Source: Acidobacteriota bacterium
Lineage (GTDB): Bacteria; Acidobacteriota; UBA890; WLXD01
Direction of reading: 5' to 3'
DNA length: 64,000 bases
Assembly: GCA_965248695.1 (NCBI GenBank)
Contig: CBDFKD010000002.1
Span: 1,856,001 to 1,920,000 of the forward strand
This document shows, one piece after another, positions 21,616-30,864 of this stretch (its first letter is position 1; the number at the start of each line of letters is the position of its first letter). The translations under genes and the position numbers were made by a program. The notes below the pieces were generated by a model that searched no databases, was not told where the DNA came from, and was given only the letters and a program-made list of their open reading frames with translations.

Positions 21616-23469
21616 TCATCCATCGGCCCGCACAGCTCGGCTCAACTCGCCGAAGAGCTGCGTCTCGCGTTCCGTTCGGTCCTTGACGACGACCGTTTGC
21701 TCGCTCGCATAGGTCGCTGCGTCCTCGAAGATCAGCACGAATCGCGAGCCCTTGCCGACTTCCGACTCGACCTCGATGCGAGCTCCGTGCTGCTCCATGA
21801 TGCGATAGACCATCGCCAGGCCCAGCCCGGTGCCGGTCTCCAGAGAATCAGCGAGCTTCTCGGACACGAACGGACGAAAGATACGATCGACCCTGTCCGG
21901 AGGCATGCCGACACCATCATCGGCGAACACCACTTCGGCGCCGCCAGGGCGCCGTCGAATGAACACTTGCAGACTACCGCCATCCGGCATCGCCTGAATG
22001 GCGTTCCGAGCCAGGTTCCAGAACACCTGCTGCACACGCTCCGGATCGATCAAGGCGTGTACAGCATCGGCATCCGACCCGACGGTCAGCGAGTGACGAT
22101 CGCTCACCTCGGGCGAGTTCTCCAGCAAGTCCACCGTGTCGCGCGCCAGGGTCACGAGGTCAGTGTCCGCTGCCTCCAGTGTCTCGGGGCGTGCATAGTC
22201 GAGAAAGTTCTCGATGATCTTCGACAGGCGCTCTGACTCCTTGGTAACGATATCCATCAAGCGCCGAGCCCGCGGCGTATCCGTACCGACGTCGCCACTA
22301 CGGAGCATCTGCAGCGACCCCGAGATCGATGCCAGGGGATTGCGAATCTCGTGCGCCAGCGATCCGGCCATCTCGCCGAGCACCGCCATCCGCTCGCGCA
22401 TCCAGAACATCCGCTCCATGCGCTTGATGTCGGAAAGATCCTGGAACATGAAGATGTAGCCCCCTGCCATCGGACCTTCGGCCTCGATTGCCCACGGCCC
22501 GGTGGGGAAGTACGCGGAGGCGTCGGGCTCGCCTGCTTCCGGCTCCTCGCCGGCGGCACTCTCGGGCTCGACCACTCGCGTTATGCTCATTCCGACGGTG
22601 CGGTATTCGCCTGAGCGAACCTGAATCTGCCGCTCTGTCCGGTAGATCTGTTGCTCGTTCAGACGCTCATCCAGATCGCTCATGACATCGTGGCCAAGAC
22701 CCAGGACGTGACCTGCCGACAGGCCGACGAGCTCTCGTTCCGGCCGTTCGGTAATGCGTTCTGCGGCCCGGTTGCATGCAATGACCCGGCCCTCAGGGTC
22801 CGCGGCGATCAGGCCGCTACTCATCCCGGCCAGCAACTGATGGTTCAGTTGCTGCAACGCCTCGAGAGCGGAGCGCTCCTTACGCAGCGCGGCGCGAGCC
22901 CGCCGTAGCCGATCGGTGTACGAGCTCGCCAGGCCGACGATCATGCAGGCGGCGAACAGTAGCATCAGAATTCTGAGATACATCTCGGGCGGGGTAACCG
23001 GTGGCCCGGGCTGGCCGAGCCCGAGCTCGCGCGAGGGCATCCAGCCCACCGCCCTGAGGTGGATGAGCAGCCCGTAGCTGACTGCGGTCAGGCAGGCGAT
23101 CGCCAGCGCCGTCTGGCGACCCGTCATCACGCCGGCCCCGATGGCCAGCACCAGGTAGAGGAAAACCAGCGGTGAGCGCGCTCCGCCGGCTACATGTACC
23201 AGCAAGGTCACCAGGGCGACGTCGATCGTCAGCTGCAGCGTCAGCAGTCGGCGCGCCGGCATACCTGCACGCTGCGCCAGCACATACAGCAAGCAAACGC
23301 CGTAGATCACGGCGATCGTCGTGTGGATCGGGACGAGCGATTGCTGGGTGCCGACCAGGAACTGCGAGTACAGCGCCGGCAGCAACAACGCAGTTGCCGT
23401 GACGACGCGAAACAACAGCAGGCGCCGCAGGTTGATCTCGTGCTCGTGCCCGGCCGGATCGGCGGTCAT
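21616..23469 (-). CDS. pilS: sensor histidine kinase (PilS-like)
   Basis: Multi-TM N-terminus, PAS region, LAHEIRNPL, NLARNA, DDGVG, GTGLGL; between pilC and pilR. Confidence 0.88.
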   Translation of the reverse strand: MTADPAGHEHEINLRRLLLFRVVTATALLLPALYSQFLVGTQQSLVPIHTTIAVIYGVCLLYVLAQRAGMPARRLLTLQLTIDVALVTLLVHVAGGARSPLVFLYLVLAIGAGVMTGRQTALAIACLTAVSYGLLIHLRAVGWMPSRELGLGQPGPPVTPPEMYLRILMLLFAACMIVGLASSYTDRLRRARAALRKERSALEALQQLNHQLLAGMSSGLIAADPEGRVIACNRAAERITERPERELVGLSAGHVLGLGHDVMSDLDERLNEQQIYRTERQIQVRSGEYRTVGMSITRVVEPESAAGEEPEAGEPDASAYFPTGPWAIEAEGPMAGGYIFMFQDLSDIKRMERMFWMRERMAVLGEMAGSLAHEIRNPLASISGSLQMLRSGDVGTDTPRARRLMDIVTKESERLSKIIENFLDYARPETLEAADTDLVTLARDTVDLLENSPEVSDRHSLTVGSDADAVHALIDPERVQQVFWNLARNAIQAMPDGGSLQVFIRRRPGGAEVVFADDGVGMPPDRVDRIFRPFVSEKLADSLETGTGLGLAMVYRIMEQHGARIEVESEVGKGSRFVLIFEDAATYASEQTVVVKDRTERETQLFGELSRAVRADG

Positions 23470-23500
23470 CAGGTCACACCCCCTACGCCCCCGACATCGA

Positions 23501-23509
23501 ATTCTAGCA
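23501..23509 (-). promoter_or_regulatory. extended -10 promoter candidate for pilSR
   Basis: TGCTAGAAT just downstream of a terminator and about 30 nt upstream of pilS. Confidence 0.45.
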
Positions 23510-23554
23510 GGTTCAGAACGACATCAGAGCGCCGAGCACCACAAGTCGGGGGAC

Positions 23555-23591
23555 AAAAGAAGGGGGCTGCGGCGTAACCGCAGCCCCCTTC
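23555..23591 (-). terminator. intrinsic terminator after pilC region
   Basis: Perfect 14-bp stem GAAGGGGGCTGCGG/CCGCAGCCCCCTTC followed by TTTT. Confidence 0.88.
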
Positions 23592-23821
23592 GCGTAGCTT
23601 TCGCCCCGCTACGATGACGCTGTTTCAGAAGGACTACCTGTTGTGTGGGCTCGGCCACCCGGGCTCGAGTCCGGTTGCCGATTCAATCGCTTCGAGCGGC
23701 TCCGATGGCTGGCCGTGAGCGTCCCCCTCTCACGACCAGCCCCGGAATGCTGCCTCCCTTACTGCTGCCGCTGCCCGTGCCTGTGGCAACGCGTGCGGCC
23801 GCCAGGCACATCAACCACTCC

Positions 23822-25037
23822 TCAGATCTTGTTGACCAGATCGAACATCGGTAGGTACATCGAGACGACGATGCCGCCGATGACAACACCGAGGAATACG
23901 ATCATCACCGGCTCGAGTAGCGCCGTGAGGCTCTCGACTGCGATATCGACCTGCTCCTCGTAGAAATCGGCAATCTTGCTCAGCATCGTGTCGAGAGCAC
24001 CGGTTTCCTCACCGACAGCGATCATCTGCGTGACCATGGACGGGAACGCATTCGAGCTCGCCAGCGGCTTGGCAAGCGACTTGCCGGCCTCGATGCTCTT
24101 GCGCGTCAGCATGATGGCGTCTTTGACGACACGATTACCCGCCGTCTCGGCGGTGATGTTCAACGCCTCGAGGATCGGCACGCCAGAAGAAACCAGGGTG
24201 CCGAACGTGCGGCAGAAACGTGCCACGGCAATCTTGCGAAACAGCAGGCCGAACACCGGGAGCTTGAGCAGGATCGAGTCGATCACACGCTCGCCGTTGT
24301 CGGTCCGGTAGTACTTCTTGCCGGCGAACACGCCGACGAAGATGCTGACGATGAGCAGCGGCATATAGGCGGCGACGAAATTTGACGCCATGACGACGAT
24401 ACGGGTCGGCAGCGGCAACTGCGCGCCCAAGCCAGCGAACAGGGTGGCGAACGTCGGGATCACCTTCCACAGGATGATCAGGACGACAGTGCAGGCCACT
24501 GAGATGATGACGGCCGGATAGATCGAAGCCGACTTCACCGCGCTCTTGAGCTTCACGTTCTTCTCGATATATGTCGCCAGGCGCTGCAGGATGATGTCAA
24601 GGATGCCGCCAGATTCGCCGGCAGCGATCATGTTGCAGTACAGGGGCGGGAAGACCTTCTCGTGCTGAGCCATGGCCTGCGCCAGGTTGGCACCCCCCTC
24701 CATCTCGCCCCGCACCTGCGCGAGTATCTGGCCGAACGCCTTGTTATCAGACTGCTTGGAAAGGAATGTCCAGGCACTGCACCAGCGGCAAGCCAGCGTC
24801 GATCATCACCGAGAACTGTCGTGTGAAAACCGACACTTCCTCTTGCGTGACCTTGGTTCGGTTGCCCAATCCGAACGGCAACTTGAACGTGCGTTTTTGC
24901 CCGACCGGTGCGACTGTCGTCACCCGAATTCGCTGTCGGCGTAGGAGCCGCGCAACGTCATCCGCAGAGGTAGCCGCCACGGTACCGCTCATGGCCTTGC
25001 CGTCCCTTCCCACACCCTTGTACTCGCACTGAGCCAC
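23822..25037 (-). pseudogene. pilC: type IV pilus platform protein PilC, frameshifted as sequenced
   Basis: FTRQFSVMIDAGLPLVQCLDI then frame change near 24763-24766 to LSKQSDNK..AGESGG..VGEETG..MYLPMF; may be a sequence error. Confidence 0.85.
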
Positions 25038-25039
25038 GA

Positions 25040-26320
25040 TTACCTCCTACGACCGATGCGTCGCACGCGCGACTTCGACGGTGCTTTGCCCGGATCAACG
25101 CCGGCCCGCTCCGCGACCTCACGATCCAGACGCGTGCGTCCCTTCGACGCATCATCGATGCGTTCGAGCATGGCGCTGAGTTCTTTTTCGTCCCCACAAG
25201 CTCCGAGCGCAGCCTCGGGGCTGATCTTCTTTTCCATGACCAGGCGCGTCAGATCCTGGGCGAACGTCTTCATACCGTGCTCCGCCTGGCCGGACTGCAT
25301 CGACGAATAGACCTGATGGATCTTCGATTCCCGGATGAGGTTCCGGATCGCCGGGTTGGGGATCAGGATCTCTTGAACCAGCACGCGACCCTTGCCCGAC
25401 GCGTGCTTCAGCAGCGTTTGCGAGATCGCCGCCACCATCGTGAATGACAGCTGCGTGCGAATCTGCGCCTGCTGACCGGTCGGGAAAATGTCGATGATGC
25501 GGTTGATCGTCTGCACAGCCGAGTTGGTGTGCAGCGTCGCGAAGGTCAGGTGGCCGGTCTCAGCGAGCTTCAGCGCCAGCTCGGTCGACTCCAGATCACG
25601 CATCTCACCGATGAGCACGCAATCCGGATCCTCACGCAGTGCCGAGCGCATCGCGGCGCTGAACGAATGCGTGTCGGCACCGAGCTCTCGCTGGTTGACG
25701 ATCGATCGCTGGTGTTCGTGCAGGTACTCGATCGGGTCCTCGATCGTAATGATGTGATGTGCCTTCTGGCGGTTGATCAGATCGATCATCGCCGCGAGCG
25801 TGGTGCTCTTACCCGAGCCAGTCGGCCCGGTCACCAACACCAGTCCGCGCGGCTTCTCGCAAATGTCGGCGAGGACCGTAGGCAGACCGAGCTCTTTGAA
25901 GGAGGGGATGCGCCACGGAATCAGACGCAGCGCACCGGCGATCTGGCCACGCTGGACGAAGACGTTGGCACGGAAACGGGCCATGTCCTTGAGACCGAAC
26001 GAGAAATCGACCTCGAGGTTCTCTTCCAGCTTCGACTTCTGGTCTTCGGTCATGACCGAATAGAGGAGCTCCTGCGTCTCGTGTTGCTCGAGCGGCGCGT
26101 ACGGCATCGACTGGAGGGTTCCGTCGACGCGAGCCTGTGGCGGCACCCCCGGCGTGACGTGGAGGTCGGACGCGTCCAACTCCATGACCTGGCGTAGAAG
26201 CTCAGCTAGGTCTGCAGCTCGTTCAGTGCTGGGCGGAGTCTCGCTCGAGACGGGCGCCAACGGCGGCGTACCGCCCGGCGGCACTGAGCCGTCTGCATAC
26301 GAGGAGTCGGGGTGAGTCAT
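25040..26320 (-). CDS. pilT: type IV pilus retraction ATPase
   Basis: GPTGSGKSTT, TIEDPIE, LREDPD, GEMRD, TLHT, AIRNLIRE. Confidence 0.96.
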   Translation of the reverse strand: MTHPDSSYADGSVPPGGTPPLAPVSSETPPSTERAADLAELLRQVMELDASDLHVTPGVPPQARVDGTLQSMPYAPLEQHETQELLYSVMTEDQKSKLEENLEVDFSFGLKDMARFRANVFVQRGQIAGALRLIPWRIPSFKELGLPTVLADICEKPRGLVLVTGPTGSGKSTTLAAMIDLINRQKAHHIITIEDPIEYLHEHQRSIVNQRELGADTHSFSAAMRSALREDPDCVLIGEMRDLESTELALKLAETGHLTFATLHTNSAVQTINRIIDIFPTGQQAQIRTQLSFTMVAAISQTLLKHASGKGRVLVQEILIPNPAIRNLIRESKIHQVYSSMQSGQAEHGMKTFAQDLTRLVMEKKISPEAALGACGDEKELSAMLERIDDASKGRTRLDREVAERAGVDPGKAPSKSRVRRIGRRR

Positions 26321-26572
26321 CGAACGCCTTTGAGGATACGTGAGACATCTTCAAGATCTCTATGGAAATTTATTGCATTACTAAGGATGTTGTAAATCCT
26401 GTTTCAGCAATTAAATTAGTTAATAGTCAGTATTAGTTACTGATAGTCACGTTAAAGAACACGTCGACTAGCGTAGGCACGCAAAGAACGCCTCGGCTGG
26501 GGCGCGCCGACGCCTTTCGGCTACGCTCGAATCGTTGAGACGGTCGCCGGCTGACGCGCGACCGCGGCCCTT

Positions 26573-27586
26573 CTAGCCGGCCTGTGCGGCCGCGGCCCCC
26601 TGACCTACGAAACGGTCGATGTACCACGCAACGGTGCGCTCGAGACCCTCGCCGAACGCGACCCGCGGCAGATAGCCGATGGTCTCGTGGGCACGCTCGA
26701 TCGCGGCTTGCGAATCGCGTACATCGCCGACACGCGCCGGTGCGAACTCTGGTTCCAACGAGGTGCCGAGGATGGCATTCAGAGCGTCGACCAGCTCGAG
26801 GAGCGTGTAGCGTTCGCCGACCCCGATGTTGACGATGGCGTCACGGGCGTTGCCGGCGGGCGCATCTCCACCGTCAGGGTCGATACCAGCCGCCAGGAGA
26901 TTTGCCCGTACCGCATTCTCGACGAAGGTAAAATCGCGCGACTGCGTGCCGTCGCCGTAGAGAATCGGCGGCAGGCCGTCGAGCATCCTCAAGATGAACT
27001 TGGGAACCACGGCAGCGTACTCCGAGGCTGGATCCTGACGTGGTCCGAAGATGTTGAAGTACCGCAGTGCTACCGTCCGCAGTCCGTATTGCTGTGCCCA
27101 GATCGCCAGGAGGCGCTCACCGACGTGCTTGCTCAAGGCGTAAGGCGACAACGGCTCCAGCGGCATGTCCTCGTGCTTTGGCAAGGTGGCCGAGTCGCCG
27201 TAGACAGACGAGGAACTGGCCATTACGACGCGGCCAACGGCGTTCTCGCGGCACGCTTCGAGCAGCGTGCCGGTGCCTTCTACGTTGACGCGAAGTGTAG
27301 AAGCCGGGTCATGGAACGACCGTGGCACCGACGCGATCGCTGCTTGATGGAACATCGCCTCGGCGCCCGCAAGAGCTGCATTGACGGCAGTCTCGTCGAG
27401 GATATCGGCCCTAAGGAAGGTCAGCTCGCCAGCACCGTCCCCGGCCGAGGCACGGGCATCGTCGAGGTTGTCGCGAGTCCCCGAAGACAGATTGTCGATG
27501 ACGACCACGTCATGGCCGCGTCGGAGCAGCGCCTCGGTTAGGTGCGATCCGATGAAACCGGCGCCACCAGTCACGACGTACTTCAC
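26573..27586 (-). CDS. NAD-dependent NDP-sugar epimerase/dehydratase (WbpP-like)
   Basis: TGGAGFIGSH, SVPRS, SSSSVYG, PYALSK, LRYFNIFGPRQDP. Confidence 0.92.
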   Translation of the reverse strand: MKYVVTGGAGFIGSHLTEALLRRGHDVVVIDNLSSGTRDNLDDARASAGDGAGELTFLRADILDETAVNAALAGAEAMFHQAAIASVPRSFHDPASTLRVNVEGTGTLLEACRENAVGRVVMASSSSVYGDSATLPKHEDMPLEPLSPYALSKHVGERLLAIWAQQYGLRTVALRYFNIFGPRQDPASEYAAVVPKFILRMLDGLPPILYGDGTQSRDFTFVENAVRANLLAAGIDPDGGDAPAGNARDAIVNIGVGERYTLLELVDALNAILGTSLEPEFAPARVGDVRDSQAAIERAHETIGYLPRVAFGEGLERTVAWYIDRFVGQGAAAAQAG

Positions 27587-29373
27587 AGTGTCGTCTCCCT
27601 CAGGACTTCTTCGATCGACGTGACACCCTGCCAGATCTTTACCAACCCACTCTCGCGCAACGTGATCATCCCGGCGCTTCTCGCCTCGGCGCGGAGCTCC
27701 TCATTGTTCGCCCCGTTGACAATCATCTCACGCAGCCGAGCACTGATCCGCATGACCTCGAACAGAGCAATACGACCCTTGTAGCCGGTGCCGTTGCAGA
27801 CGTCGCAGCCCACCGGATGATAAACGGTGACGGTCATCGCTTCTTCGGGCGAGAGACCGATCTCCACCAGCGCCTCTGGATCCGGAGTCGACACCTCCCG
27901 GCACTTTTTGCGCAGCCGACGGGCCAGCCGCTGCGCCACGATCAGCTGTATGGACGACGACACCAGGAAGCGCTCCACTCCCATGTCAATCATGCGATTG
28001 ATCGTCGAAGGAGCGTCGTTGGTGTGCAGTGTCGAAAGCACGAGATGTCCGGTCAACGCCGCCTTGATGGCGATGTTCGCTGTTTCGGCGTCGCGAATCT
28101 CACCAACGAGGATGGTGTTGGGGTCCTGACGCAGGAACGCTTTCAGAGCCGTGGCGAAATTGAGCCCCACGTTGCTATTGATCTGTACCTGGTTGATCCC
28201 CTCGAGGTTGAACTCGACCGGATCTTCCGCCGTCATGATATTCGTGTCGTTGTTGTTGATGGTGGAGAGTGCGGAGTACAGCGTGTTGGTCTTTCCCGAA
28301 CCGGTCGGCCCGGTAACGAGCACGATGCCGAACGGCAGTCGTACCGCTTGCTCGAAGCGCTCCAGCGATGGCTTCTCGAATCCGAGATCGGCCAGGTTGA
28401 GCTTGAGTCCTTCCGGGTCGAGCAGGCGCATGACGATCTTCTCGCCCCAGATCGTCGGCAGAGTCGACACACGCAGGTCGAGCTCCCGCATGCGATCGTC
28501 AAGCTTGACGCGAATCTTGATGCGCCCGTCCTGTGGTCGTCGTCGCTCCGAGATATCGAGCTCGGACATGATCTTGATGCGCGAGGAGATCGCCTGTTGC
28601 AGGTGCTTGGGAGGTTCCATGACTTCATACAACAAGCCATCGATCCGGTAACGGACGCGTAGCCGTTTCTCGTAGGGCTCGATATGGATATCGGATGCGG
28701 AGCGACGCAGCGCATCCGTGAGCAGCAGGTTGACAAGCTTGATGACCGGCGCGTCGCCGCTCGCCTTGGAGAGCGTCTCGAGGTCGATATCGTCGTCTTC
28801 CTCGACAATCTCGAGGTCACCCGGACTACGGATCTCCGCCTCGATATCGGTCATCATCTTTCGCATCTTGGCGTCGGCGTGGTCACCGTAGAGCGTGTTG
28901 ATGGCATCGCTTACAGCGCGATCGGCAGCGACCATCGGCTGTACCCTCAGCCCGGTCGCGAACTCGATGTCGTCGATCGCCACGACATCCGTCGGATCGA
29001 CCATCGCCAGGCTGAGGCTCTGCGAGTCAGCCGCTACGGGGACCGCGAGGTAGCGCTTCGCCATGTCCTGCGGAACGAGGCTCAAGACGGACTCCGGCAC
29101 GTCCAGATGATCCAGGTCGGCGGCCGGGACGCCGAACTGACGTGACAGCAGGTCGACGAGGTCTTCCTCGCTCAGCAGCTCGAGAACGACGAGCAGGTTG
29201 CCGAGACGCTCGCCGGTCTCTGCCTGCATCTGCAGAGCGCGATCGACATCGGCCTCGGAGACCAATCCCGATTCGACGACGATGCGGCCCAGTCGGCTGG
29301 TCGCATTTGGGCCCTTGCGACCAGCGCTTCTCGGTCGGGCCTTCTTCGACGCTTGCTGCTTGTCCGCTGCCAA
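27583..29373 (-). CDS. pilB: type IV pilus extension ATPase with N-terminal MshEN
   Basis: Tandem RLG motifs, ASDIHIEPYE, GPTGSGKT, TAEDPVE, LRQDP, GEIRD; TTG start with GGAG chosen, ORF open to 29475. Confidence 0.95.
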   Translation of the reverse strand: MAADKQQASKKARPRSAGRKGPNATSRLGRIVVESGLVSEADVDRALQMQAETGERLGNLLVVLELLSEEDLVDLLSRQFGVPAADLDHLDVPESVLSLVPQDMAKRYLAVPVAADSQSLSLAMVDPTDVVAIDDIEFATGLRVQPMVAADRAVSDAINTLYGDHADAKMRKMMTDIEAEIRSPGDLEIVEEDDDIDLETLSKASGDAPVIKLVNLLLTDALRRSASDIHIEPYEKRLRVRYRIDGLLYEVMEPPKHLQQAISSRIKIMSELDISERRRPQDGRIKIRVKLDDRMRELDLRVSTLPTIWGEKIVMRLLDPEGLKLNLADLGFEKPSLERFEQAVRLPFGIVLVTGPTGSGKTNTLYSALSTINNNDTNIMTAEDPVEFNLEGINQVQINSNVGLNFATALKAFLRQDPNTILVGEIRDAETANIAIKAALTGHLVLSTLHTNDAPSTINRMIDMGVERFLVSSSIQLIVAQRLARRLRKKCREVSTPDPEALVEIGLSPEEAMTVTVYHPVGCDVCNGTGYKGRIALFEVMRISARLREMIVNGANNEELRAEARSAGMITLRESGLVKIWQGVTSIEEVLRETTL

Positions 29374-29652
29374 GGTCTCAACTCCGCACGGGCGACGCGA
29401 GGAACGCCACCTGCCTCCATGGAGACGGCCGGGAAGCGATCCTATGTTGCTCTCGACTTGATCAATAAACGTCATATAAAGATGTCATACGTTTGGATTA
29501 CAACGCAAAACATAAATAAACATGTTTGAAGTTAATAATCATGAATACAGGACCTTCTTGACCGTTAACTAGCACCCCGAGTTGCGCAGCAGGAACTTCG
29601 CAGGTCTCGACCGCCGCTCCGACGCCGCGTCGGCCGCTGACGCGAAGCGGTC

Positions 29653-30435
29653 CTATCGTCGCGGCGTCAACCCCTGGCCGGGTGCTGTCGGGCCGCGCCC
29701 ACCGGGGAATGCTGCACCAGGGGCGGTCGTAGCGCCGGTCGCCGCCGCCTGCCCGCCGAGAAACACCCACTGGCCATAGTTGGTCTTGTCGCCATACACG
29801 CGTAGCGACTCCTCGGTCGAGGACGAGACGACGCCAACGATGGCGTTGTCGCCAACCCCACGAGAGCCCGCCGGCCGTAGGCTCGACCGCCCGGGAAGCC
29901 GGGCCGCGGCAGAGCCCGCAGCCCCAGAGCCAGCCGTCACGGCCGGTCGCTGCTGCCCGAGCGTCAGACTGCCCGACCCGAATCCGCCCGCGCCGCCGGG
30001 AGGGGTGCCCGATCGACCCGCGGCGGAGCTCAGGCTGGCCGCCCCGACAGCGCTGCCGCCGGCGGCCGTCAGGCTGTCGCCGCCTACCTCGACACCGAGC
30101 AGCGCCGCAACCGTGCCGTCGGCAACATCCTGTTGACGAAGAACGCGCCATTCGCCGTCGCTTGCCATCGGGTCGCGAAATACCCTGCGCAAGCAGTTCG
30201 CGTCGACCAGTTGCTCGAGTCGGGCAAGAGGCTCCCCACCATTGGCCTGTTCGTAGCACCCGATGGCATTGGCGATCTGCTGTCCGCGCCAGAGAAGCTC
30301 CGCTTCGCGCGCCCGGCGCCCGAGCGTCCGCGTCGACATCACCGCAACAGCGAGGGCGACGTTGATCACGGCCACCACTACCATCAAGCCCACAAGCGTG
30401 TAGCCGGACTCGCGGTCCCGATCAGGTCGTTGCAT
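29653..30435 (-). CDS. pseudopilin-like protein lacking Glu5
   Basis: SGYTLVGLMVVV, REAELLWRG, LRRVFRDPM, IVGVVSSS, YGQWVF. Confidence 0.8.
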   Translation of the reverse strand: MQRPDRDRESGYTLVGLMVVVAVINVALAVAVMSTRTLGRRAREAELLWRGQQIANAIGCYEQANGGEPLARLEQLVDANCLRRVFRDPMASDGEWRVLRQQDVADGTVAALLGVEVGGDSLTAAGGSAVGAASLSSAAGRSGTPPGGAGGFGSGSLTLGQQRPAVTAGSGAAGSAAARLPGRSSLRPAGSRGVGDNAIVGVVSSSTEESLRVYGDKTNYGQWVFLGGQAAATGATTAPGAAFPGGRGPTAPGQGLTPRR

Positions 30436-30438
30436 CGA

Positions 30439-30864
30439 CTACCACTCCGCGTACGGAACGCCGTTGAGACCATCGCCATCAGCGCCGGAGTACACGTTCC
30501 AGATTCCGGCCGGCTGACCCTGATCAATCATCATCCAGGGCGCCACCTCCGTCTCCCAGCTATCGTCGGTACCGGTCAACGGATCCACCGGCATGCTTCG
30601 CAAATAACCATCGCGGACGAGGTCGTCCAGCGCTTCGGGATATGCGCCCTTGTCGGTCAGGTACTGCTCGAGGCTCTCCCGCAAGCGTTGAAGATCCTCC
30701 TTGAGGACCGCTTCGCGCGCCCGAAGCGCCGCGTCCTGATACGCCGGAAGCGCATAGACCACCAGAATGCCGAGCACCGCCATCACCACGATGAGCTCGA
30801 GCAACGAAAATCCGGATGCGTCGCGCTGACGCCATCTTCCGAGGATCTGGCGTACCTCATTCAT
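30439..30864 (-). CDS. GspG-like pseudopilin
   Basis: SGFSLLELIVVM, AREAVLKEDL, YPEALDDLV, MPVDPLTG. Confidence 0.88.
   Translation of the reverse strand: MNEVRQILGRWRQRDASGFSLLELIVVMAVLGILVVYALPAYQDAALRAREAVLKEDLQRLRESLEQYLTDKGAYPEALDDLVRDGYLRSMPVDPLTGTDDSWETEVAPWMMIDQGQPAGIWNVYSGADGDGLNGVPYAEW

Noticed and set aside
26470-26527. c-di-GMP-I riboswitch
   Set aside because: GAAA loop and GCAAAG lie on opposite strands and do not fit the consensus order.
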